DNA from: an uncultured Phycisphaerales bacterium
Lineage (GTDB): Bacteria > Planctomycetota > Phycisphaerae > Phycisphaerales > SM1A02
Direction of reading: 5' to 3'
NCBI GenBank assembly: GCA_938084645.1
Contig: CALKEP010000009.1
Coordinates: 29,457-93,456 of the forward strand
DNA: 64,000 nt
Position 1 is the first letter of the stretch. Every line of letters starts with the position of its first letter. Below, piece by piece: positions 28,001-36,006 of this stretch. Under the pieces are notes generated by a model. The model was not told the DNA's origin, did not search any database, and was given only the letters and a program-made list of their open reading frames with translations. The translations under genes and the position numbers were made by a program.

Positions 28001-29221
28001 CCCCGGCGAGTGCGCACGCGATTCATGCCGATCCGCGAAACCGCGATCGGGGCCGCCGAACATCTGCCGTTCGCGGAATCCTCGTTGCTGGAAGCGCTGG
28101 CCGGCTATCTCGGCACGGTCGGCGGCGCCGCGGTTCGCGTGGGCGACTATCGGCTCGACATGCTCGAAGCGCATCACTTCATGCGTTTCGAACTGGTCGA
28201 CGCCGACGGGCGGCTGCTGTCGAAGACGCGGAATTTCGCGACCCTGGTGTCGACGCACCGGGACGAGGCCCGGGTCGCGTTCGAGACGTCGATGGCCTCG
28301 CTCGAGTCCGGTGACGACGACGCGGCCCGGCTCGCGGCGATTCGGGATCGTCGAGACTGGGATTTCGGCCGGATGCCCGAGACCGTCGAGGTCGATCGCG
28401 GCGATCATCGACTGGTCGCGTATCCCGCCCTCGCCGACGAAGGCCGGTCGGTGCGGATCCGGGTGACCGACGACGCGGTGACCGCGGCATCGATGCACGT
28501 CGGAGGCGTTCGTCGGCTGCTCGCCCTGCAGGTGGGCGACGCCCTTCGGCATCACTTCGAACATCTCCCCGGTCTCGATCGACTCGCGATGCTTCATGCG
28601 CCGCTCGGTTCGGGCGAGGGCTTCACCGCGGACCTCGGCGATCTTGCGGTGGCCGTCGCGATGGAGCGAGGCGGCGGGGCGGTGGCGGCGGCCCGGACCC
28701 GCGATCGCCTCGCGTTTCTCGACCTTGACGAGGCGGTCCGGCGTGATCTCTGGCCGTCGCTCGAGCGGGCTTGCGATCTCGCGGAGCCGATTCTTCTGGC
28801 CCGGCAGGCGACGCTCGAATCCCTCGATCGACCGACGCCCGCGGCGTGGCGGGGCGTCGCGGACGACGAGCGGGCGCATCTCGACCGACTGGTGGGGACG
28901 GGTTTCCTCGGCCGCGTCCCGCCGGCGCGGCTCGCGGAGATTCCCCGATACCTCGAAGCGGGACGCCGTCGACTCGATCGACTCCGGGGCGACGGTCTGG
29001 AGCGTGATCGCGGACGGAGAGAGGAACTCGAGGGTTGGATCAGGCTCTGGGAGGGCCGGCGTCGCCAGCTCGACGGACTCGGGCGGATGGACCCGAAGGT
29101 CGATGACTTCGGATGGCTGCTCGAGGACTATCGGGTGTCGCTCTTCGCCCAGGAGCTTCGGGGGAACGCGAAGGCATCCCCCGCGATCCTCAAGGCCGCG
29201 TGGCGTTCGATCGTCGATTGA
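25040..29221 (+). CDS. hrpA: ATP-dependent RNA helicase HrpA
   Basis: GETGSGKTTQLPK, TQPRRVAARSVA, DEAHERSLNIDF, SATID, ATNVAETSLT, QRSGRCGR, C-terminal RVSLFAQEL. Confidence 0.96.
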   Translation: MSPSDPHPPAATDASGDESPPPSGAARQPRRKRRRKSRSGGRGGSEPRKTAPVAPAAPEEVARLKAIDRRAGDLPEAPAGIIRRRLSGARRLLDEGRSAGKPLAAIERDLTRMLDARSARMQRRLDVTYPAELPVSLAREEIADAIRDHQVVVVCGETGSGKTTQLPKICLELGRGVDGLIGHTQPRRVAARSVAARIAEELKTPLGEGVGYAVRFNDRTRPGTRVKLMTDGILLAETQRDRDLVAYDTLIIDEAHERSLNIDFLLGYLKRLLSRRPDLKVIITSATIDPERFSRHFGNAPIVQVGGRMHPVEIRHRPIATDGADQDVDEATVAGVLEAITEIDASGLGETSTSGRPDILVFLPGEREINDVAAAIERASLPSTEVLPLYARLSNDRQDRVFKPGPERRIVLATNVAETSLTVPRIRGVIDVGTARISRYSPRSRVQRLPVEPVAQSSANQRSGRCGRVASGVCIRLYDEAEFAKRPDFTQPEILRSNLASVILQMASLGLGGPDAFPFLERPSAKLIRDGYETLREIGAVDRAGELTTLGRRLAEMPVDPRIGRIVLASIDEGCLPEIVVIAAALSVQDPKNRPAGSEGVADLAHAPFRDPGSDFLSFVRLWRAWRRAREEKGSSAIRSWCRRNHLSYLRMIEWEDVHRQLEEIAGRCLEGGRRNSDRKGSGRRVRLPEVRDDPPTGAVHRSILAGLVSNIGHRTEEGDYRGIAGATFSIFPGSVLRRQDAPWIVAAEIVETSRRWARTVARIRGDWVERVAPHLVRRNHFEPHFDPETGFVAAYENVSFGDLDVVERRTVPYAPIDVAGAREVFIQQALVSERLAGDAPFLARNRELFERLDQLGDRGRELGPLAEDEERFAFYDARLPSEIHNAAALTAWRRKAERRDPGILVMREQDLVTDVRAGLDEAEYPDRLRMGGMDIRLRYRHEPGTEDDGVTAMIPIELLGRLEAARFEWLVPGLLVDKIEALIRSLPRRVRTRFMPIRETAIGAAEHLPFAESSLLEALAGYLGTVGGAAVRVGDYRLDMLEAHHFMRFELVDADGRLLSKTRNFATLVSTHRDEARVAFETSMASLESGDDDAARLAAIRDRRDWDFGRMPETVEVDRGDHRLVAYPALADEGRSVRIRVTDDAVTAASMHVGGVRRLLALQVGDALRHHFEHLPGLDRLAMLHAPLGSGEGFTADLGDLAVAVAMERGGGAVAAARTRDRLAFLDLDEAVRRDLWPSLERACDLAEPILLARQATLESLDRPTPAAWRGVADDERAHLDRLVGTGFLGRVPPARLAEIPRYLEAGRRRLDRLRGDGLERDRGRREELEGWIRLWEGRRRQLDGLGRMDPKVDDFGWLLEDYRVSLFAQELRGNAKASPAILKAAWRSIVD

Positions 29222-29281
29222 TCGAACCCGTTGAAGCGCCGACACGCGGCGATCGCGGGCCGAGCCGGCATCATCGATGCG

Positions 29282-32200
29282 TCAGCCGTCGCGCTTCGCC
29301 ATCGCCCGTCCGGCCGCGGCGATGAACGCCTCGCTGGGCAGTCCCCACGGGCGGAACTTCTCGATCGTGCCCTTCTCCTCGCTGAAGAGGAGTCCTCGGT
29401 TCCCGCCGAGATTGCTCGCGGCGGGCGAGTCGATGAGGGTGCTGGAGTCGGCGGAACCGACCTGGAACATCGCCCGTTGGTCGAAGCCGCGCATCGCCTG
29501 GCGATCGACGCATCGTTCGAGGGTCGCCACCGTGTCCGCCCAGGCGAACACGAAGATTCCGTGTTCCGGTCCGTCCTTGAGGAGCGAACCGAAGACCTTG
29601 TCCGGGGTCGGCGGGGCGTCGTCGTCCATCGAGAACCCGAAGTCGTCTTCCGCCCGCCGCAGCGATCGGAACCGCTGGAGTCCGTGGACCAGGAGCAGAA
29701 TCGGGGGTGCATCCGTCTGGTCGGCCTCGATTCGTCGGGCGAGTTCCCCGCCGAGCTCGAGCACCGCGTCGCTGCTGTCCCGGAACCCGGGAACTCGAAC
29801 CTCGTGGGGCAGATGACCGGCGACCATCTCGAGGTATCCGGCATTGGGATCGTCGGCCGCGGTGCCGTCGAGCACGACCGCCGAGAAGTCGTCGGTGCGA
29901 TGGGCGGCGGCGGCCGAGACGAGTGCGGCCGCGGAGATCGCGGCGGCGGACTCGTCCTGCTGGCCGACCAGGACCACGTTGGATCCCGACTGGCGACGAA
30001 GCAGACCCGCGGTGGGATCCTTGATCGCGACCGCATCACCGAGCCAGAGCGGGATGGTCCCGGGGCGCGATTCTGGAACCGTCTCGATCGCGGCCCGCAA
30101 CGGGGCGTTGGCGGGAAGCGAGGCGGGCGCGTTGCCCTCGAACACGATGCACGGACGACGGGTGTCGGCGGGCCGGTCCTCGGCGAGTCGGGCGACCTGC
30201 TCGAGGTAGCCCTCCCGGACCTCGTCCGGAAGCCAGCACACCTGGAACGGACTGTTTCCGTCCACCAGACCGCCCTGATCGTTGTAGATCGCTTCGCCCG
30301 GACGAGCGAGGAGCCTGGCGGCGACGTTGTCGTCCGAGAGGATCATCATCGAGTCCTGCTCGTTGCACTGCAGGGCGATCCGCACGCCCATCTGGCCCAT
30401 CGTCGATCGATGGAGCGAGAAGGCGCCGCCGAGCGTCTGCGAGCCCAGCAGCACGTGCATGCCGAAGGCGCGACCCTGTCGGACGAGTCGGTCGAGGAGG
30501 GTGCCGGACTCCTGGCTGACCCGATCATCGTCGACGAAGAGCTCCTGGAACTCGTCGATCACCAGCAGGACCCGCGGCATCGGGACGTCCGGGCGTTTCG
30601 CCCGCCAGCCCGCGAGATCCTGCACGCCCTCGGCGCGGTAGGCCTCGCCGCGTTCCTTGAGCTCGTGATCGAGCCCCTGGAGGACGGACAGACCGAACTC
30701 GCGGTCGCTCTCCACCGCGACCGCGCGGGCATGCGGAAGCTTGTGGGTCGCATACGTCTTGAACTCGACGCCCTTCTTGAAGTCGACGAGATAGAACTCG
30801 ACCTCGTCCGGCGAGTACCAGCAGGCGAGGTTCGTGATGAAGGCGTGGAGCAGGGTCGACTTGCCCGAGCCGGTCTTGCCCGCGACCAGGGCGTGCTGGG
30901 CGGTGCCGACGCCGAGTTCGATCGTCTGGAGCCGGGTGGCGCCGGCGCGACCGAGGGCGACCGAGACCTTCTTCTCCGTCGAGCCCGTCCAGAACTTCTC
31001 CCGGGGAGGTGCGATGGTCTCGAAGGGGACTTCGACCTTGCCGGCATCGAGCGCGGCACGGCCGACGCGGTGGGCCATCTCGATGAGAAGATCGTCCGGT
31101 GGTCCGGTCGCGGGTTCGAACTCGAGGTCCTCGAGTCCCTCCGCCTCGAACCGCATTCCATTCCGGGTGGACCGGATCGTGACCGCTTCGCGATCGATGT
31201 CGGCGACGTCGAACTTCTCGGGGACTTCGCCCCGACGATCGCGGAGGATCAGGGTGAAGACGCCGCAGCGCGGTCCGCTCTGGAGGATGCTCGCGAGCCG
31301 GCGGGCGGATTCATCGTTGAAGTTCGCGGGGAAGTCGGCGATCACCAGGAATCGGTACGGCTCCGCGATCTCTCCGGCGGCGAGGTTGTAGGCGTCGATC
31401 GACTCGAACTCGTTCCGCAGGTACTTCTGGATCACCGTCTCCATGTGTTCGGTGATGTCCGTGAGCTTCTGCTCGATCTGTCTGGGTTCGGTCCAGATGC
31501 GTTCTCCGACCAGTCCCGGCAACTCGTCCTCGAGGTGCATGAAGCCCGCGAAGTTCTGGCCGAGGCCGACCGGATCGAGGATCGTGAATCGAGCCTTCCC
31601 CGGCGGCACCGTGGCGAGGATGCGGAGCATGGTCGCCCGGAGGAGTTCGAGGCCCTCGGTGCGGTGGTCCGGATCGACGTCGATCTGGAGGCTCGCGCGG
31701 GACGGGAGGGAGATCATCGCGGGGAGATCGAAGGTCGTGGGGTGGTCGGTCGCGAGCCGGGGATCGCTCGGGGTTCCGCCCTCGACGGCGGTGCGATCGA
31801 ACCGAAGGCGGCCGAGATCGATCGCGGGCGGGGCGACGATGGGCGGGGACCAGGTCTTCCAGGCCGGGTTCGCGAAGTCGGGGAATCTCGCGTCGAGATC
31901 GTCGTGGATCTCCGTCAACCGCGCGGTCGAGCGGTCGAGTCCCTCGAACCAGCGACGCTCGAGCGTCGCCCACCGGTTGGCCGCCGTCGTCTTCAACGTC
32001 TCGACCTCGGCACGATGTCGATCATGCTCGGCGGCGAGGGCGCCCGCGTGGGTCTCGACCGCCTCGGTCTCCATCGCGTCGGCGTCCGATTCGGCGGCCG
32101 TGGTCGTCGCGTCGAGCTGCGCGTCCGCCTCGGACTTCTGGATCGGGACGCGGCGTTCGAGCTCCGCGATCCGTTCCCTCGCCTTCGCGAGGTTCTCCGA

Positions 32201-33205
32201 GATGATCGGCTGGTACTTCGCCTCCGCTTCCGCGATCTCGCGATCCCGGGTGGCGACCAGTCGGGCTTCGAGGCGGGTCATCTCCTCGCGGGCCTCGGTC
32301 CTCGATCGTTCGGTCGCCTTGCGGACCAGCGCCGCGGATCTGGCGAAGGGGCGCCAGGCTCGAACCACGGTCCGCCGGGCGACCACGTAGAGGATCGCGA
32401 GCACCGGCACGAAGGCGAGGAGTCCGTAGAGTCCGCCCTCGACGAGCGGTCCCCGTCCGGTGGCGCCCGTCGCCGCGGCGATGCCCACGCCGGCGCCGAA
32501 GAAGGCGGCGAGCGGCAGCACCATGATCGGACCGCGAAAGAGCCGAGGCACCGCGAGACGCCGGAACGCATCCGCCGACTGGGCCCCGGCGCCGAGTTCG
32601 AGTTTCATCACGACCTGCGGCTTCGATTCGACGTCTCGGAGATCGGCGGCGTCGAGTTCGGCCGCGGCGGGGACCGGCTGCTTGTAACGGCGGGTCTCCC
32701 GGAGCATTCTCGACTCGAGTTCCTCGAGCCGGGTGACGTCCTCGTCGATCTCCACGGCCCGTTCCTCGAATTCACGGGCCGGCCGTTTCTCGTTGGCTTC
32801 GTACACCGTCTCGGCGAGCCAGATCGCCTCCTCCAGCGCCTCCTTCGCCTTGCGTTCGTTCTCGTGGGCCTTGCGTCGGATCCGCACCGACATCGCTTCG
32901 GCCTCCTCGTCGATCTCGAGGTGTCGCCGCCGGTGGGCGGACTTCGCCGACTCGATGCCGTCGGTCCGGTGCCGATGCGCCGCGTCGATCGCGTCCGCCC
33001 GGCCGGTCTCGATGGTCTCGAGGGCCTCGGCGTGCCGGGTGGCCTCGGCCTTCTCGTCCCGAGCGACGTCCGCGTTGGCGGCGAGACTCTCCGCGGCGCA
33101 TTCGCGGGTGAGCTCGTCGAGGCGTCGCCGGGTCGATCCGAGATCGCCGAGAAGATCGGGTGGGCCGGTCGCGGGAATGTCGGCATCGGCCGTGAGTTCG
33201 CTCAT
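29282..33205 (-). CDS. Membrane-anchored FtsK/SpoIIIE-family ATPase (EssC/EccC-like)
   Basis: N-terminal coiled coil, two TM helices, second coiled coil; intact ATPase domain HALVAGKTGSGKST, YLVDFKKGVEF, VLLVIDEFQELF, RQGRAFGMHVLLGSQ; flanking degenerate RecA-like domains. Confidence 0.9.
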   Translation of the reverse strand: MSELTADADIPATGPPDLLGDLGSTRRRLDELTRECAAESLAANADVARDEKAEATRHAEALETIETGRADAIDAAHRHRTDGIESAKSAHRRRHLEIDEEAEAMSVRIRRKAHENERKAKEALEEAIWLAETVYEANEKRPAREFEERAVEIDEDVTRLEELESRMLRETRRYKQPVPAAAELDAADLRDVESKPQVVMKLELGAGAQSADAFRRLAVPRLFRGPIMVLPLAAFFGAGVGIAAATGATGRGPLVEGGLYGLLAFVPVLAILYVVARRTVVRAWRPFARSAALVRKATERSRTEAREEMTRLEARLVATRDREIAEAEAKYQPIISENLAKARERIAELERRVPIQKSEADAQLDATTTAAESDADAMETEAVETHAGALAAEHDRHRAEVETLKTTAANRWATLERRWFEGLDRSTARLTEIHDDLDARFPDFANPAWKTWSPPIVAPPAIDLGRLRFDRTAVEGGTPSDPRLATDHPTTFDLPAMISLPSRASLQIDVDPDHRTEGLELLRATMLRILATVPPGKARFTILDPVGLGQNFAGFMHLEDELPGLVGERIWTEPRQIEQKLTDITEHMETVIQKYLRNEFESIDAYNLAAGEIAEPYRFLVIADFPANFNDESARRLASILQSGPRCGVFTLILRDRRGEVPEKFDVADIDREAVTIRSTRNGMRFEAEGLEDLEFEPATGPPDDLLIEMAHRVGRAALDAGKVEVPFETIAPPREKFWTGSTEKKVSVALGRAGATRLQTIELGVGTAQHALVAGKTGSGKSTLLHAFITNLACWYSPDEVEFYLVDFKKGVEFKTYATHKLPHARAVAVESDREFGLSVLQGLDHELKERGEAYRAEGVQDLAGWRAKRPDVPMPRVLLVIDEFQELFVDDDRVSQESGTLLDRLVRQGRAFGMHVLLGSQTLGGAFSLHRSTMGQMGVRIALQCNEQDSMMILSDDNVAARLLARPGEAIYNDQGGLVDGNSPFQVCWLPDEVREGYLEQVARLAEDRPADTRRPCIVFEGNAPASLPANAPLRAAIETVPESRPGTIPLWLGDAVAIKDPTAGLLRRQSGSNVVLVGQQDESAAAISAAALVSAAAAHRTDDFSAVVLDGTAADDPNAGYLEMVAGHLPHEVRVPGFRDSSDAVLELGGELARRIEADQTDAPPILLLVHGLQRFRSLRRAEDDFGFSMDDDAPPTPDKVFGSLLKDGPEHGIFVFAWADTVATLERCVDRQAMRGFDQRAMFQVGSADSSTLIDSPAASNLGGNRGLLFSEEKGTIEKFRPWGLPSEAFIAAAGRAMAKRDG

Positions 33206-33208
33206 CGA

Positions 33209-33427
33209 TCAATCATCTCCACAGTCTCGTCGGGCCTTCGCGAGTTCGGCTTCGAGGTGTTCCATCGCGGTCGCCGCCGACTTGATCCGTCGGTCGAGTG
33301 GACGAAGTCGCCGCGCCTCGAAGGCCCGGCTCACGGGGTCCCGCCAGACCTCGTTGACCTGCATCCAGGCGACCATGAGATCCTTGTACTCGCTCTGGAC
33401 GCGACGTCGGGCGCTGGTGACGCTCAT
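33209..33427 (-). CDS. Small helical WXG100-like protein (WRD motif)
   Basis: 72 aa, helix-W-R-D-helix (VNEVWRDPVSRAFE); coupled to neighbours (ATGA overlap upstream, 3-nt gap downstream). Confidence 0.7.
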   Translation of the reverse strand: MSVTSARRRVQSEYKDLMVAWMQVNEVWRDPVSRAFEARRLRPLDRRIKSAATAMEHLEAELAKARRDCGDD

Positions 33428-34035
33428 GACGATTCCTCCTCGGCATCCCGCTCATCCGCGTCTCGGTCGCCGTCGGTTCCGGTGCGTCGCATCGAGGGGG
33501 AGGGATCCACCGGCTCGTCGGGCGTGATCAGTTTCTGGAGGTCCGGTGGCGAGAGCGAGAGGTAGGACTCGAGATTCTCGGTCATCTTCTTCAGCAGGCC
33601 GATCGCATGCGGGAGATCGTGGTCCACCGCGACGCTGAAGCCGGACATCGCCGACTTGAAGTTGATCCGCTCCTGTTCGAGTCGACGCAGCCAGGCCTTC
33701 GTGGCCTGAAGCTTGGTCTGGGCCTCCTCGAGACGCCGATTGGCCCGCTGGAGGGCGACCTTCTCGTCGACGACGCTCGCCCGCCCGTCCTTCGCACTGG
33801 ACTGGGTCTGCTTTCGGTAGAGATCGCTCTTCGCCCTGGTGACCAGTTCCTGCCGCTTCCGGATCTGGCGCGTCCAGTGGGGCACCCGATCCCGTTCCAG
33901 CCAGATCACGTTCCGATCCAGGTCGCTGTCGGCCTCCGAAACGGAGATGCGGCCCGCGTCGACGAATTCGACCAACGCCACGCGAAAGCGGTCGATGGCG
34001 TCGATGGACCGGACATCCGCGCTCTCGCTGCTCAT
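33424..34035 (-). CDS. Helical coiled-coil protein of the WXG100 operon
   Basis: 203 aa, amphipathic helices, lies between two WXG100-like genes. Confidence 0.75.
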   Translation of the reverse strand: MSSESADVRSIDAIDRFRVALVEFVDAGRISVSEADSDLDRNVIWLERDRVPHWTRQIRKRQELVTRAKSDLYRKQTQSSAKDGRASVVDEKVALQRANRRLEEAQTKLQATKAWLRRLEQERINFKSAMSGFSVAVDHDLPHAIGLLKKMTENLESYLSLSPPDLQKLITPDEPVDPSPSMRRTGTDGDRDADERDAEEESS

Positions 34036-34065
34036 GGGTCGATCTCGTGGGCGGGTGGTCGCGGG

Positions 34066-34338
34066 TCAGCGCTGCTGGAGGTAGTCCTCGATCCGCTGCG
34101 CCTTGCGCAGCAGGAAGGGGATGTGGACGTCCGAGGCCTTCACGAAGCGATGAAGCGTCTTGACGGTGGCGTCGAACTCTTCCTCGAACTTCGCTTGTTC
34201 CTGGTCACGCCAGCTCTGGGAGAGCGTTCCCATGCGAGCCTGCATGGTCTGCATGTTTCCCTGAAGCTCGTTGGTGAATCGCTTGAGATCGTTGGCGAAT
34301 CGGCGAAGTTCGGCCGGATCGGCGACGGCCTTGGCCAT
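34066..34338 (-). CDS. WXG100 (ESAT-6/EsxA-like) family protein
   Basis: 90 aa MAKAVADPAELRRFANDLKRF...LSQSWRDQEQAKFEEEF...IEDYLQQR; central W-x-D turn; GAGGAG RBS. Confidence 0.88.
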   Translation of the reverse strand: MAKAVADPAELRRFANDLKRFTNELQGNMQTMQARMGTLSQSWRDQEQAKFEEEFDATVKTLHRFVKASDVHIPFLLRKAQRIEDYLQQR

Positions 34339-34363
34339 GGTGCGTCTCCTCTGAGGGTCGGTC

Positions 34364-34381
34364 GGTCCGAGGAGTGTAGCG
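34364..34381 (-). promoter_or_regulatory. Putative sigma-70 -10 element (TACACT) of the WXG100 operon
   Basis: CGCTACACTCCTCGGACC on the minus strand, 16/18 identical to the element upstream of rpmB. Confidence 0.5.
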
Positions 34382-34454
34382 GCATGATCGCGGGTACTCT
34401 CCCGCAGGCCGGTGCTCCTGCGGGGATCCGGCCGGGAATCCGGAGGATCGAACG

Positions 34455-35885
34455 ATGCGGGAAGCCAACCTGATCGATGGAGCCTGGGTCGCGGCGGACT
34501 CGGGGCGGACGCTCGAGGTTCTGGATCCGGCGACCGACGCGCTGATCGGATCCGTGCCCGCGATGGGTGGTGCCGAGACGCGACGGGCGGTGGATGCGGC
34601 GGCCGGGGCCTTCCCGGCATGGGCCGCCCGCCCGGTGGAGGCGCGGGCGGCGACGTTGCACGCGATCTCGGCTCGGATGGCCGCGAATCGATCTTCACTC
34701 GCGGCGTTGATGACCGCGGAGCAGGGCAAGCCGCTCGCCGAGGCGGAGGCGGAGGTCGACTACGCTCGGAGCTTCTTCGAGGTCGCGGCGTCCGCGGTGG
34801 AGATGCTCGAGGACGAACATCCCGAGGTGCCGGGGAAGGCGATCCGCGTGCATCGACGTCCCGTCGGCGTCGCGGTCGCGATCACTCCGTGGAACTTCCC
34901 GATCGCGATGCTCGCGAAGAAGGTCGCCCCGGCCCTCGCGGTCGGCTGCACCCAGATCGTGAAGCCCGCCGAACAGACGCCGCTCTCCGCGATCGCCTTC
35001 GCGGAGCTGGCGGTCGAGGCCGGTGTTCCCGCCGGCGTGCTCAACCTGGTCACGGGCGAGCCGGCGCCGATCGCCGAGGTCCTGCTGGAGGACGCCCGGG
35101 TGCGCAAGCTCTCCTTCACCGGCAGCACGGAGGTCGGCCGTCTGCTGATGCGGGAGGGTGCGACGAACCTGCTGCGGCTGTCGCTCGAACTCGGGGGGCA
35201 CGCCCCGATGCTGGTCTTCGAGGATGCCGACGTGGAGTCGGCGGTCCGGATCGCGATGGCCGCGAAGTACCGGAACGGTGGACAGACCTGCATCTGTCCG
35301 AATCGGTTCATCGTCCACGAGTCGATCCACGACTCGTTCGTGGCGGCGTTGGCGGCCTCGTCCGCGGCCCTGGTCTCGGGCATCGGGACGCAGCCGGGCG
35401 TGACGCTCGGGCCCATGATCGACGATGCCGCGATCGAGAAGGTCGAGGCGCACGTCGCCGATGCGATCCGGCTCGGCGCGACCCTGGTCACCGGAGGTGG
35501 ACGACGCCGGGTCGCGGGGGCGGCGGATCGATTCCACGAGCCGACGGTGCTCGCGGGTTGCACCGGCGAGATGCGGTGCTGGCGGGAGGAGACCTTCGGC
35601 CCGGTCTGTCCGGTCCGGATGTTCCGGGACGACGAGGAGGCGATCGAGCTCGCCAACGACTCGGAGTACGGACTCGCGGCCTATGCCATCACGTCGGAAC
35701 CGGCTCGCATCGAACGTCTCGGTGCGGTCCTGCGGGCGGGCGTGATCGGCATCAACGACCCCGGCCCCGCGGTGGCCGCGGTCCCCTTCGGCGGCATCCG
35801 TCATTCCGGCTTCGGTCGTGAGGGTGGACGCTGGGGGCTCGAGGAGTACCTGGAGATCGTCACCGTCTCGCAGGCGGGCGGCTGA
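34455..35885 (+). CDS. gabD: NAD(P)-dependent succinate-semialdehyde dehydrogenase (ALDH family)
   Basis: ITPWNFP, KPAEQTPLSA, SFTGSTEVG, LELGGHAP, NGGQTCICPNR, EETFGP, PFGGIRHSGFGREG. Confidence 0.88.
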   Translation: MREANLIDGAWVAADSGRTLEVLDPATDALIGSVPAMGGAETRRAVDAAAGAFPAWAARPVEARAATLHAISARMAANRSSLAALMTAEQGKPLAEAEAEVDYARSFFEVAASAVEMLEDEHPEVPGKAIRVHRRPVGVAVAITPWNFPIAMLAKKVAPALAVGCTQIVKPAEQTPLSAIAFAELAVEAGVPAGVLNLVTGEPAPIAEVLLEDARVRKLSFTGSTEVGRLLMREGATNLLRLSLELGGHAPMLVFEDADVESAVRIAMAAKYRNGGQTCICPNRFIVHESIHDSFVAALAASSAALVSGIGTQPGVTLGPMIDDAAIEKVEAHVADAIRLGATLVTGGGRRRVAGAADRFHEPTVLAGCTGEMRCWREETFGPVCPVRMFRDDEEAIELANDSEYGLAAYAITSEPARIERLGAVLRAGVIGINDPGPAVAAVPFGGIRHSGFGREGGRWGLEEYLEIVTVSQAGG

Positions 35886-36006
35886 ACCTCGCCGTGGCCG
35901 GGAGGATCCCCGTGAAACGACACGAGGCCGCGAGCAGTTCGCTCGCGGCCTCGTCGCCGTTCACATCGGACGATCGAATGTCCGGATCATCGCCTTGCCG
36001 GCTCGA

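Noticed and set aside
29282..33205. Cell-division FtsK or ICE coupling protein
   Set aside because: No gamma domain or N-terminal 4-TM FtsK domain seen; no relaxase, integrase or conjugation genes; WXG100 neighbours favour a T7SS-like role
25013..33565. Very long antisense ORFs (1410 aa, 1444 aa) and many other overlapping ORFs
   Set aside because: Shadow ORFs opposite hrpA and the FtsK-like gene, expected in high-GC DNA; no recognisable motifs
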